DNA of 40,000 nt, from NCBI GenBank assembly GCA_048268505.1, contig JBLWVK010000004.1:74114-114113 (forward strand). Reading direction: 5' to 3'. Within the stretch, counting starts at the first letter, position 1. Each line of letters opens with the position of its first letter. The position numbers and the translations under genes were made by a program. Positions 25,793 through 35,025 of the stretch are shown here, in pieces. Origin of the DNA: Kangiella sp. Lineage in GTDB: Bacteria > Pseudomonadota > Gammaproteobacteria > Enterobacterales > Kangiellaceae. Under the pieces are notes generated by a model. That model made no database searches and was not told the origin of the DNA. It was given only the letters and a program-made list of their open reading frames with translations.

Positions 25793-27172
25793 ATGAGCAA
25801 CAGATCCGCTGATGACTGGGCGCCCGATAGCTGGAAGCGCAAACCGGTCAGTCAGCAAATAAAATATGGCGATACAGAGGCCTTGGCGCAGGTTATTGGT
25901 AAATTGCGTCAGCTACCGCCTTTGGTTTCGGCCAGCGAAGTGGATAGCTTAAAAAGCCATATTGCGGATGCACAGGCTGGAAAAGCTTTTATTCTGCAAG
26001 GTGGCGATTGCGCCGAGTCCTTTTCGGACTGTAATGCGGAAGCTATTTCGCAGAAGGTTCGCCTGTTAATGAGTTTAAGTTTGCTGGTCAGCCAGCAGAC
26101 ACAAAAACCTGTTGTTCGAATTGGCCGTATAGCAGGTCAATATGCCAAGCCCCGTTCTGAGCTAACCGAAACTCAGGATGAAACCACTTTGCCCAGTTAT
26201 CGCGGTGATCTGGTGAATCATGTGCACTTTAGTGAATCATCCCGTATGCCTGACCCGGCGCGGATGCTGCAGGGCTATAGCTATGCTTCATTAACTCTTA
26301 ATTACATCCGTTCGCTGCTTGAAGGGGATATCAGCGACCTATTCCAGCTTGAGCAGGAATCACAAAACCTCCTGTCGCTCAAAACCAACGCCAAGCTGCA
26401 TACCAGTCTCGATCAGTTCCGCGAAGCCATGCGTCTGTTTCATCAGGCCAATGGCCCGCAACATAACAGCCGCCACTGGCTTGAGTTCTTTACCAGCCAT
26501 GAAGCCCTGCACCTGCATTACGAAGAAGCACTGACCCGCAAAGCGAATAATGGCAAATGGTATAATTTATCGACTCACTATCCGTGGGTTGGTATGCGCA
26601 CCACCATTCAGGACAGCGCGCATATTGAATATCTGCGCGGCATCGCTAACCCGATAGCTATCAAAGTTGGCAAAGATCTGTCACCAGAAACCTTGGTTCA
26701 ATTGTGTAAAGTGCTTAACCCTAACAATGAACCAGGACGCTTAACCCTGATTCAACGCTTTGGTCACCAGTCCATCTCTCAGGTGCTGCCTGCCATGATT
26801 CAGGCGGTACAAGAGGCGAATTTAAATGTGCTGTGGAGCTGTGACCCCATGCATGGCAATACTCGCGTCAGCGCCCAGGGCATTAAGACGCGTGATTTCC
26901 AGCATATCCAGAGCGAACTGAAGCAAGCCTTCGAAATCCACGAAGCGCACAATAGCCATCTTGGCGGAGTCCATCTGGAAATGACCGCAGAAGCAGTCAT
27001 GGAGTGTGTTGGTGGCACTTATGGGGTGACCGAACAGGAACTGGATAAAGCCTACACCAGTCTGGTCGATCCACGCCTTAATGTGGCGCAAGTCTTTGAA
27101 TTAATTGATTCGCTTGAAGAAAAACAGCAACATTTACATAAAATTGACACAAAACACGTATCATCTTCTTGA
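25793..27172 (+). CDS. 3-deoxy-7-phosphoheptulonate (DAHP) synthase, class II
   Basis: 459 aa. The N-terminus WAPDSWKRKPVSQQIKYGD...LPPLV...AFILQGGDCAESF and the length are characteristic of the plant-like class II enzymes. Confidence 0.9.
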   Translation: MSNRSADDWAPDSWKRKPVSQQIKYGDTEALAQVIGKLRQLPPLVSASEVDSLKSHIADAQAGKAFILQGGDCAESFSDCNAEAISQKVRLLMSLSLLVSQQTQKPVVRIGRIAGQYAKPRSELTETQDETTLPSYRGDLVNHVHFSESSRMPDPARMLQGYSYASLTLNYIRSLLEGDISDLFQLEQESQNLLSLKTNAKLHTSLDQFREAMRLFHQANGPQHNSRHWLEFFTSHEALHLHYEEALTRKANNGKWYNLSTHYPWVGMRTTIQDSAHIEYLRGIANPIAIKVGKDLSPETLVQLCKVLNPNNEPGRLTLIQRFGHQSISQVLPAMIQAVQEANLNVLWSCDPMHGNTRVSAQGIKTRDFQHIQSELKQAFEIHEAHNSHLGGVHLEMTAEAVMECVGGTYGVTEQELDKAYTSLVDPRLNVAQVFELIDSLEEKQQHLHKIDTKHVSSS

Positions 27173-27276
27173 ATTGTAACCAAATGTTCACGTATATTAG
27201 GGGGATTCGTTTACATCAATATGTAAACATAGCCTACGGATAGCGTGTTCAGCCCAGATGGATAGCTTGAGGAGCA

Positions 27277-27594
27277 ATGATGAAAATGACTAAAGCTGTT
27301 AAAAAGTACATGACTGTATCAGTTTTTGTGGCGGGTTCATTCCTGTCAGGTCAGGCATTTGCCAATGCTCAAATGTGCTCAAATGTACAATACTCTCCAA
27401 CGGATGACACACAACTTCACGTGCTAACTCAGCTTGAACCTGAATTGGTTCAACCAGCTCCTCAGCAAAACACCAAAAAAGACGAAAAAAAATCCGAACA
27501 GTCAGTTAGCTGGTTTTCATGGCTAACAGAATCTCATACAATGCCAAGCCTGCATTTTATTGATATTCTCGAACTGTTTGGCGGTGACGAATGA
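27277..27594 (+). CDS. hypothetical exported small protein
   Basis: SD GAGGAG precedes the start. Signal peptide ...VFVAGSFLSGQAFA. 105 aa. The stop overlaps the next start (ATGA). Confidence 0.55.
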   Translation: MMKMTKAVKKYMTVSVFVAGSFLSGQAFANAQMCSNVQYSPTDDTQLHVLTQLEPELVQPAPQQNTKKDEKKSEQSVSWFSWLTESHTMPSLHFIDILELFGGDE

Positions 27595-27878
27595 GCGAAC
27601 AACACACTCCTACTCAAAGTAATTCCTACGACAACAAATCACAAAATAATTCAGATGACAATAATCAGCAGCCAGCCAAAGAAGGCACCGGCTTCTGGTC
27701 AACTGTAAAAAGTGTCGTTGGCGCCATGTTCGGCGTACAGTCCGAAGAACAACGTCAAAAAGACTTCGAAAAAGGCAGCGCCTTAAACTTCATTATCGGC
27801 GGCATCGTCTTCGTTATAGTCTTTATATTCACCATCCTCTATTTTGTTAATTCTGCACTGGAAAGTGCGGGGCAATAG
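27591..27878 (+). CDS. DUF2970-like small membrane protein
   Basis: FWSTVKSVVGAMFGVQSEEQRQKDFEKGSALNFIIGGIVFVIVFIF matches the pattern I recall for DUF2970. The N-terminus is Q/N/D-rich and low in complexity. Confidence 0.55.
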   Translation: MSEQHTPTQSNSYDNKSQNNSDDNNQQPAKEGTGFWSTVKSVVGAMFGVQSEEQRQKDFEKGSALNFIIGGIVFVIVFIFTILYFVNSALESAGQ

Positions 27879-27960
27879 ATTAATTTGATAGTTTTTGTTA
27901 TCGACTTAAATTCTTGGTGTTATCTCTAGTCTTTAGAACAAATACATTACTTAAATTAAG

Positions 27961-28184
27961 GTTTCGCCCCTCGGCGAGACCCTTTTCTTTGCTTGTCCAA
28001 AGAAAAGGGACGAAAAGAAAAGACACCCCGTGATTGAGGTTTCGCTTCGCTCAACTCCCTTCGCATCCGCCAAGCCATTTAACGCACCGTAAAATACGTT
28101 CCATCCCTGGCCCGAATTTTACTATTCAAAACGTCCTGTTTTGAATTGCTATGTCTTGGCTACTACTCAGCTCAATCAAAGGGG
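27961..28184 (-). repeat. copy B of the ~222-bp hairpin-rich repeat, inverted relative to copy A
   Basis: The reverse complement aligns base for base with 18587-18807, including a 68-nt identical run (AATTCAAAACAGGACGTTTTGAATAGTAAAATTCGGGCCAGGGATGGAACGTATTTTACGGTGCGTTAA). Confidence 0.9.
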
Positions 28185-28249
28185 ATTTATTGGAGTGACA
28201 TGATACTTATGTATGTCCTTAAATTTCCGTAGTCATGCAGCTCATTCCG

Positions 28250-29083
28250 TTACTTCCGATAAACCACTATCAATTCCTGAGCATTGTTGCGTCCTGCGCC
28301 ATCGCAGGAGATAAAGCGTCGTACGGGGAAGGATTGCAGGTCTTTGGCTTTGGCGTAGATTAGGCGGGAGAAGTCGGTGTCATGGTTGGAAATAACAACT
28401 GGCACACCTCTTTTGGCCAGTTTCTGGGCTTCGAGCGCCAGTTCGCGCTGGTTGTCGAGCGAAAACTCTTGCTGGCTGTAGCTTGCAAAGTTGGCAGTTA
28501 ATGACCAGGGAACATAAGGTGGATCACAATAAACCACATTGCTTTTCCGCGTGTGGCTCATGGTTTTGCTGAAACTCTGGCAGCGGAATTCTGCTCTTTT
28601 CGCTTTCTCGGCAAAAAACTCCATTTCACGACCAGGGAAATAAGGCTTTTTATAACGACCGAACGGAACATTGAAACCACCAGAGCGGTTATAACGACAC
28701 AGGCCGTTGTAACCATGACGGTTAAAGTAGATAAATAAAGCGGCTCGCTCACGGCCAGCTGGAAGCTGGTTGAAATAATCTCTTAACTCATAAAAGGTTT
28801 TCTGGTTATTGTTCTGAGCGGTAAAAAAACTGGCGCAATAATCAATAAACTCTGTTTTGCCTTTTTTCAGTTGATTAAAAACATCAATCAAGTCGGGGTT
28901 AATATCAGCCAGTAAATAACGATCATAATCCGCATTAAGAAACAGTGCTCCGGAACCCGCAAACGGTTCAATCAGCTTATTTCCCTCAGGTAAAACTTTC
29001 AGAATTCTAGGCAGTAATCGAAACTTACCACCCGCCCACTTAAGGAAAGGTCTTTGATGGGAAGTGGGCTTTAGTGCAGACAT
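28250..29083 (-). CDS. dam: DNA adenine methyltransferase (Dam, GATC-type)
   Basis: It is colinear with E. coli Dam as I recall it: FLKWAGGK, EPFAGSGALFLN, ADINPDLI, NRHGYNGLCRYN..G.FNVPFGRYKKPYFP, VVYCDPPY. 277 aa. Confidence 0.9.
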   Translation of the reverse strand: MSALKPTSHQRPFLKWAGGKFRLLPRILKVLPEGNKLIEPFAGSGALFLNADYDRYLLADINPDLIDVFNQLKKGKTEFIDYCASFFTAQNNNQKTFYELRDYFNQLPAGRERAALFIYFNRHGYNGLCRYNRSGGFNVPFGRYKKPYFPGREMEFFAEKAKRAEFRCQSFSKTMSHTRKSNVVYCDPPYVPWSLTANFASYSQQEFSLDNQRELALEAQKLAKRGVPVVISNHDTDFSRLIYAKAKDLQSFPVRRFISCDGAGRNNAQELIVVYRK

Positions 29084-29184
29084 AATCGGTTTTTATTCTT
29101 ACAATTGCTGCCTAGTGTATCAAAACCGATCACGAATGAAAGGTAAAATTAACTCATTCAGCTCAATAGACTAATAGGAGAAGC

Positions 29185-29787
29185 ATGACTCAAACAACAC
29201 CCAAGGCCGTCTTCATTTTTGCGCATGGTGCTGGCGCAGACTCACATTCAGAATTCATACGGACTATGGCAAAGCTTATCAGCCATCCTCAAATTGAAGT
29301 GGTACTGTTTGATTTCCCCTACATGCTCAAACGCCAGCAGACCGGCAAGAAGTCACCACCGGATCGTATGCCCAAGCTTATAGAAGCCTATAAGCAGCAG
29401 ATCGTAAAACACGGCCAAGGTCGGAAGGTCTTTATTGGCGGCAAGTCGATGGGCGGACGCGTTGCCAGTATGATTGCAGATGAAGAGCAGGTCGATGGCT
29501 TAATTTGTATGGGTTACCCCTTTCATCCGCCAGGCAAGCCTGACAACCTTCGAACAGAGCATTTACAGAATCTCAAAACACCGGCACTGATATTGCAAGG
29601 TACGCGCGATCCTTTTGGTAAGCCTGATGAGGTGGTTGGCTATGATTTGTCTTCAAAAATACAGGTCAGCTGGCTGGAAGATGGCAACCATAGTCTGGAA
29701 ACTTTGAAGCGCTCAGAGGTGAGCACGGAGCAAAGCTGGCAAAAAGCAGCCAGTAAAGCTCAGAATTTCATATTAAGTCTTATCTAG
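29185..29787 (+). CDS. alpha/beta-fold hydrolase (COG3571-like)
   Basis: 200 aa. FIFAHGAGADSHSEF is followed by the nucleophile elbow GGKSMGG, then ...QGTRDPFG...GNHSL. Confidence 0.7.
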   Translation: MTQTTPKAVFIFAHGAGADSHSEFIRTMAKLISHPQIEVVLFDFPYMLKRQQTGKKSPPDRMPKLIEAYKQQIVKHGQGRKVFIGGKSMGGRVASMIADEEQVDGLICMGYPFHPPGKPDNLRTEHLQNLKTPALILQGTRDPFGKPDEVVGYDLSSKIQVSWLEDGNHSLETLKRSEVSTEQSWQKAASKAQNFILSLI

Positions 29788-29808
29788 GAATGTCTTGTTA
29801 AGAGTAAT

Positions 29809-30189
29809 CTAAGAGAAAAAGTTGAAGTAACAGACGGTGCCCCAGACAATTCCGGTGAAGAGCAATGCAATAAAGACCATTGCAGAACCTATGTCTTTAG
29901 CCCGTCCGGAGAGAGGATGTCGCTCAGAACCAATGCGGTCAACCACTGCCTCAATCGCTGAATTAGCAAGTTCTGCCATAAGGACTACACCTAATGTTAA
30001 TAACAATATGGCAATTTCACCGGTGGTTTTACCTAAAACAAATGCCAGCGGAATTAAAATGACGGCTAGTACCAGCTCCTGACGGAAAGCGGCTTCGTTG
30101 ATCCATGCACCTTTCAGTCCCTGCCACGAATACTTAGTAGCGTCTAGAATACGAGGAATTCCTGTTTTACCGGGTTTCATATATGACAT
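29809..30189 (-). CDS. dgkA: diacylglycerol kinase
   Basis: 126 aa with 3 TM helices. AFRQELVLAVILIP...ELANSAIEAVVDRIG...HPLSGRAKDIGSA. Confidence 0.9.
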   Translation of the reverse strand: MSYMKPGKTGIPRILDATKYSWQGLKGAWINEAAFRQELVLAVILIPLAFVLGKTTGEIAILLLTLGVVLMAELANSAIEAVVDRIGSERHPLSGRAKDIGSAMVFIALLFTGIVWGTVCYFNFFS

Positions 30190-30274
30190 TGTGACCGACT
30201 TAATACATTAGGCTTATGCAAGGATACTACTGTATGCTAACCTTTTGAGCAAACTGACAAAAATTGGCAATAAC

Positions 30275-30685
30275 ATGAAAATCAAACAGTTAAAATATAT
30301 CATCTTGTTATCATTGGCGCCGCTTGCTGCCTGCTCGGAAGTGGCAAGTAATGATGACTCTGCTGGCTCAGCTAACGGTAGCGTGGATTATCAGCAACAA
30401 ATTCAGGCGGCCATTGCAGATAAAAGCTGCAGCTCTGATGCAGACTGCGCCCTGGTTGAAGTTGGCGCCAAACCCTGTGGTGGCCCGGAAACTTATGAGC
30501 CTTATTCAAAGCCTAATGTTGACGAAGACAAGCTACACGAACTGGCAGCTGCCTATAAAAAAGAACGTCAGGACTATTTCAAAGAGAATCAGATCATGGG
30601 TATCTGCGTGGTTACGCCCAAACCCAATGTCGGCTGTGTGAACAATCAGTGTGTTGCCTCAGAGCAAAGCCTTCAGGTTCAGTGA
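30275..30685 (+). CDS. hypothetical Cys-rich lipoprotein
   Basis: ATG at 30275 gives MKIKQLKYIILLSLAPLAAC (lipobox). The ORF-track start at 30245 is a TTG. The 3' end overlaps the bioD 3' end by 27 nt. Confidence 0.6.
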   Translation: MKIKQLKYIILLSLAPLAACSEVASNDDSAGSANGSVDYQQQIQAAIADKSCSSDADCALVEVGAKPCGGPETYEPYSKPNVDEDKLHELAAAYKKERQDYFKENQIMGICVVTPKPNVGCVNNQCVASEQSLQVQ

Positions 30686-31354
30686 TTCACTAGCCATAGT
30701 AAAATCAGCGCCTTCTTGTTTGTCGACCACGCCAAGACAGGGCGCTGAAATATTTTTTTTCAACCAGTCTAGATTCTGCTCACTGCGGTTCATATCGCCA
30801 AACACAAAATTAGCAACCCAACCTCTAAGCTTAAGTCCTCGTCGCTCAATATCTCGAACCGTCAGCATGGCATGATTAAGACAGCCCAACTTCATGCCAA
30901 CCACCAAAATAACATCCATTCCCTTCTGCTCAACCCAGTCGGCATAGGTTTCCGTATCATTAAGTGGTGTTAACCAGCCACCCGCACCTTCAACCAGCAA
31001 GTACTCGCTATCAGGAAATTTAAGCAATCTGTTGAGTTCGGCAATTGATAACTCAACTCCCGCTTCCTGCGCGGCAATATGTGGCGCTATGGCGGGCTCG
31101 AAGCACAGGGGATTAATGTCGGAGTAGCTGATTTGCTCAAAACCAGGACTTTTTTTCGAAAGCTCATGGATTTTCAGACCATCTTCATTGCACCACTGTC
31201 CAGCTTCCAGATCGGCGCCTGAAGCTACCGGTTTAAGCCCAACAACCCGCTTTTGACAATGCAACAATGCATTGATAAGCGCCTGAGTAATAAAGGTTTT
31301 TCCAACCTCTGTGTCAGTGCCTGCAATGAATAATATTTCTTTTGTTTTGTTCAT
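30659..31354 (-). CDS. bioD: dethiobiotin synthase
   Basis: ATG at 31354 follows the SD GAGGGG. The P-loop is FIAGTDTEVGKT, and ...VEGAGGW... is present. Confidence 0.9.
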   Translation of the reverse strand: MNKTKEILFIAGTDTEVGKTFITQALINALLHCQKRVVGLKPVASGADLEAGQWCNEDGLKIHELSKKSPGFEQISYSDINPLCFEPAIAPHIAAQEAGVELSIAELNRLLKFPDSEYLLVEGAGGWLTPLNDTETYADWVEQKGMDVILVVGMKLGCLNHAMLTVRDIERRGLKLRGWVANFVFGDMNRSEQNLDWLKKNISAPCLGVVDKQEGADFTMASESLNLKALL

Positions 31355-31465
31355 TTTGTTACCCCTCGCACACATCGTTCTTCAATGGTTACGCTATAAT
31401 TTGATACAAAGTTGCTACATTTTGGCGTAGCATAGAATCATAGTCCGTTTTTAAGGTGACTTAAT

Positions 31466-32170
31466 TTGGCTGGCGACAACACTATCATACTCACTTTGGC
31501 AATTATCGCCTTGGTAGTCCTTTTGGCAGCAGTAGTAACTGCTGCTCTAAAGCATGCCGTGGTCAGGCAACTTGAGTCTAAAAACGATGAACTCAAAAAA
31601 GTCCTCGAAGAAAATACTCGTAATATTGCCGGCAAAGCCCAGCGTATCAAAGAGCTGGAATCCACCCGAGATGACTTAAAACATTCTTTGCAAAGCCTTT
31701 CCGAGCGCAATACGGCTCTCACCCAAGAACATCGAGAGCTGAAAGGCAAATATAAGCAGGCACAAACCTCATACGAAGAAGCTCAGCAAAATTATCTTAA
31801 TGCCTTACAATCCATTGCCGATACCAAGCGTGAGCTTGATGAAGAAATGGATCAGCTTCGCGAAGAATGCGATGCCCGCGTTCGTACCATTCGTCAGGAC
31901 GCACTTGATGAAAAAGAGCGCTTTAAAGAAAGCTTGGGTTCCGAATTCGAACATCTTAAAAAGAGCCATAAACGACTCGTCCAGGCCAATGCCACTTTGA
32001 GCCGCAACATTGATAACTTACGTGATGAACGGGACTTCTATCGTACTGAGTTTGAAACTCTGCGCGACTTCCTGCATGAAGCGCAAATGAAAAACGTTAA
32101 GCAAACGCTTGAGCAGAAAGAAGAAGAGTTAAAAGAAAAAATCGTTAACTTTGAAAACAAAAAAAGTTAA
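31466..32170 (+). CDS. membrane-anchored coiled-coil protein, function unknown
   Basis: TTG start. One N-terminal TM helix (IILTLAIIALVVLLAAVVTAAL) is followed by ~200 aa of heptad-like E/K/Q/L-rich sequence. It lies antisense between bioC and bioD. Confidence 0.55.
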   Translation: MAGDNTIILTLAIIALVVLLAAVVTAALKHAVVRQLESKNDELKKVLEENTRNIAGKAQRIKELESTRDDLKHSLQSLSERNTALTQEHRELKGKYKQAQTSYEEAQQNYLNALQSIADTKRELDEEMDQLREECDARVRTIRQDALDEKERFKESLGSEFEHLKKSHKRLVQANATLSRNIDNLRDERDFYRTEFETLRDFLHEAQMKNVKQTLEQKEEELKEKIVNFENKKS

Positions 32171-32190
32171 CACCTTTCCGCATTAAACAT

Positions 32191-33048
32191 TTACCCAATT
32201 TCTACCGCATAGTCATGGTAACCAACAGCCGTACCGACCTCGGTACCAAATGCATGTCCATAAACCAACTCATAAGTTGCCGGCAACTGGCCATCATCCA
32301 TTCTAAATTTACTGTATTCCTGCTCCAGCTTACGTAGCTGACGCGGACTGGTTAAGCCATGGTTTCTGCTAGAGTCAATATTATGAGCACCAATATTTTT
32401 TAAATCACGCATTAGCTCTATGGCGCGATTATAACCAATAACTACTGGCTCATTATCCACCACAGGATCCGACAAGCGAGCACTTAACATGGCATCACCC
32501 ACATGGTGCATATCAATAAAGTTGTTCACATGCTGATAGTCATTTAGAGCTGCCCAGCTTTGCTTTAATTCATACAAGGTGTCAGGACCCAATGTCGTAA
32601 ATAACAATAAACCTTCTGGCTTTAACACACGATTAAGTTCCTGAAACAGTTGTGGTAACTCTTCAATCCACTGAATGGTCAAATTTGAAAACACAAAATC
32701 AAAGCTATTAGTGTCAAAAGGCAGCTGCAGTGCATCAGCACACACATAGTCTTCCTGATTCGATTGAGCTCGACAGAAATCGATCATCCCTTTCGCCAAA
32801 TCTGCGCCGGTTACTTTAGCACTTGGATAGCGATGACTCAGTTCGCGGGTAAAATATCCGGTACCACAACCCAGATCTAGAATATTAGTCGGTTGTAGTT
32901 TGAAATACTGTAAACGTTCCAGTAAGCGCTCTCCCGCCACTTTCTGGAAGAAAGCTGCATCATCATAAGTGGTTGCTGCTCGGCTAAAGGAGCGAGCGAT
33001 ATCCTCTTTTGAAATCTGATTGATTCTTGCCTGGGTCGCTTTACTCAT
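32191..33048 (-). CDS. bioC: malonyl-ACP O-methyltransferase BioC
   Basis: The ATG at 33048 overlaps the bioH stop (ATGAGTAA). ...FSRAATTYDDAAFFQ... and SAM motif ILDLGCGTG. An alternative upstream ATG lies at 33069. Confidence 0.85.
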   Translation of the reverse strand: MSKATQARINQISKEDIARSFSRAATTYDDAAFFQKVAGERLLERLQYFKLQPTNILDLGCGTGYFTRELSHRYPSAKVTGADLAKGMIDFCRAQSNQEDYVCADALQLPFDTNSFDFVFSNLTIQWIEELPQLFQELNRVLKPEGLLLFTTLGPDTLYELKQSWAALNDYQHVNNFIDMHHVGDAMLSARLSDPVVDNEPVVIGYNRAIELMRDLKNIGAHNIDSSRNHGLTSPRQLRKLEQEYSKFRMDDGQLPATYELVYGHAFGTEVGTAVGYHDYAVEIG

Positions 33049-33817
33049 GCAAAAACTCTTTAACGTCATTTACGAATAATGGCTTATGAGACAGGAATGG
33101 CGCATGGCTGGCTTTGGGATAAACCTTGTGCTGACTATGCGGAATCAGTTCGGCAACCTGCTCTGCGGTCTTGGCAGGCACCAGAGAATCCAGTCTGCCA
33201 TAAAGGCGCAACATTGGTGCTTTCACCTTGCTCAACTCATTGCGCAAATCAACCTCATTCAGTAACGCCAAACCACCACGTAGCGCCTTGCCGGCTGGAA
33301 CGCCATGAATAAATACTGTATCTCTTAATCGACGAATATCGTCTTTCTGGGTTTCGCTGCCTATGGCCTGTATCGCCAGAAAGCGAATAATGGTTCCTTG
33401 GTAATCTTCTTCCAGATAGCGACAGAAGCTGTCCATGATGTTGGCTTTCATGGCATGTTGCCAGTCGTCCTCCTGAACAAAGCGAGGATTACTAGCCACC
33501 GTAATAAGTTTATTGACTCTTTCAGGCGTTTCGATGGCAATATTGGTGGCAATCAGGCCGCCCAATGACCAGCCAAGATAATGCGCATTGTCAGGCGCAA
33601 CCTTTAGCACCTGCTCGGTGAGCAGTTCCAGGGTATAAGGATCGCCGGGAATGGGTGAACGACCGAAGCCCGGCAAGTCAATCATGTGCAAGGTAAAATG
33701 TTCAGCCAAATCATCTGCCAGCATTTCCCAGATGCCTGAGTGTAATCCCCAGCCATGCAGTAATACTAAATCGGGACCTTGCCCGGTGCTTTCTATATAA
33801 GGTTGTAACTTACTCAC
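33041..33817 (-). CDS. bioH: pimeloyl-ACP methyl ester carboxylesterase BioH
   Basis: GTG start after the SD GAGGTA. DLVLLHGWG, the nucleophile elbow GWSLGG, and its position between bioF and bioC. Confidence 0.85.
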   Translation of the reverse strand: MSKLQPYIESTGQGPDLVLLHGWGLHSGIWEMLADDLAEHFTLHMIDLPGFGRSPIPGDPYTLELLTEQVLKVAPDNAHYLGWSLGGLIATNIAIETPERVNKLITVASNPRFVQEDDWQHAMKANIMDSFCRYLEEDYQGTIIRFLAIQAIGSETQKDDIRRLRDTVFIHGVPAGKALRGGLALLNEVDLRNELSKVKAPMLRLYGRLDSLVPAKTAEQVAELIPHSQHKVYPKASHAPFLSHKPLFVNDVKEFLHE

Positions 33818-33832
33818 CCATTACCTCAAAAA

Positions 33833-35002
33833 TCATATTTGTGCAATTGCCTGCTTTAATTGAGCGGAAAGCTGTTCAAGCAAATAATCTATGTCATCAG
33901 TGCTATGCTCAGCAGTTAATGTCACGCGTAACCGCGCACTGTTTTCCGGAACCGTTGGCGGCCTGATGGCTACCAGTAAAATGCCAGCCTCTTTTAAGGC
34001 ACGGCTAATGGCCAATGTTTTGTCATTACGGCCTATCAGTACAGGCTGAATAGCAGTTTCAGAAGGCATCAATGGAATATCGTATTCACTTGCCAGTCGA
34101 CGGAAATATTCAATGTTTGATTTTAACTGCTGTCGACGCCATGCTTCTTCCTGGAACAGTTTCAGCCCAGCGCGATTAGCTGCGGCTACTGCCGCTGGCA
34201 TTGCTGTGGTATAGATATAACTGCGGCCAAATTGAATAAGGCTCTCTATCAAGAGTTCACTGCCAGCCACCACTGCACCAAAGCCTCCAAGCGCCTTACC
34301 CAGTGTCGCCATGTAAATTGCTGCTGACTGCTGCGCTAATCCAAAGTGCTCAAGGCTTCCTTTACCCTGCTCACCAAGAACGCCGAAGCCATGCGCATCA
34401 TCCACCATCAATGAGGCTTTATGCTTGTTGCAGCTGCTAACCAGTTCGGGCAGCGGAGCAATATCGCCATCCATGCTAAAGACGCCATCGGTCACAACCA
34501 GCCGACTGTCTGCTGGCTGTTTCATCTGACGCTCAAAAGAATCCATATCACCATGGGCGTAACGCAGCATTTTGGCTGCGCTAGCCATACCGCCATCAAT
34601 CAAGGAGGCGTGGTTTAGTTTGTCCTGAATAATCAGATCATTCTTCTCAGGCAAACAGGTCAGCACCCCATAATTCGCCATATAGCCTGTCGAAAACAGC
34701 AGCGCTCTTTCTGTCCCTAAAAAATCAGCGATTTCTTCTTCCAGGGCGTGATGTTGATCGCTGTGACCAATAATTAAATGCGATGCGCCACTGCCAACAC
34801 CATACTGTTTAGCAGCCTTTTGCATCGCTTCGATTAATTTTGGATGATTAGCCAGACCCAGATAGTCATTGCTGCTAAAGTTCAGATATTCTTTACCTTC
34901 AGACTGAATGCGTACGCCTTGAGCACCCTCAAGGGTCAGACGCTGGCGTAACAGGTCCTGAGCTTTGCGCTGCTCAAGTCTGGCTTGCAGTTTTTGCCAC
35001 AT
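33833..35002 (-). CDS. bioF: 8-amino-7-oxononanoate synthase
   Basis: PLP-dependent acyl-CoA transferase pattern: ...NDYLGL..., DGVFSMDGD, and TLGKALG with the PLP lysine. Confidence 0.92.
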   Translation of the reverse strand: MWQKLQARLEQRKAQDLLRQRLTLEGAQGVRIQSEGKEYLNFSSNDYLGLANHPKLIEAMQKAAKQYGVGSGASHLIIGHSDQHHALEEEIADFLGTERALLFSTGYMANYGVLTCLPEKNDLIIQDKLNHASLIDGGMASAAKMLRYAHGDMDSFERQMKQPADSRLVVTDGVFSMDGDIAPLPELVSSCNKHKASLMVDDAHGFGVLGEQGKGSLEHFGLAQQSAAIYMATLGKALGGFGAVVAGSELLIESLIQFGRSYIYTTAMPAAVAAANRAGLKLFQEEAWRRQQLKSNIEYFRRLASEYDIPLMPSETAIQPVLIGRNDKTLAISRALKEAGILLVAIRPPTVPENSARLRVTLTAEHSTDDIDYLLEQLSAQLKQAIAQI

Positions 35003-35025
35003 GGCAATAAATCTCGATTAACTGT

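Noticed and set aside
27209-27228. The palindrome GTTTACAT-caat-ATGTAAAC downstream of the DAHP synthase gene, considered as a TyrR box.
   Set aside because: The TyrR consensus is TGTAAA-N6-TTTACA. This sequence has the opposite half-site order (TTTACA-N6-TGTAAA) and lies after the gene rather than upstream. It is more likely a weak transcript-end hairpin.
18587-28184. The inverted-repeat-bounded 9-kb segment as a composite transposon or genomic island.
   Set aside because: It has no transposase or integrase. Its content includes core genes (radA, DAHP synthase). Composition is like the flanks. The repeats are 222-bp noncoding elements, not IS ends.
31438-31749. 103-aa ORF antisense to the coiled-coil gene.
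   Set aside because: It is Ser/Arg/Leu-rich, the mirror composition of an E/K/L-rich coding strand. It has no SD and would collide with the bioD upstream region.
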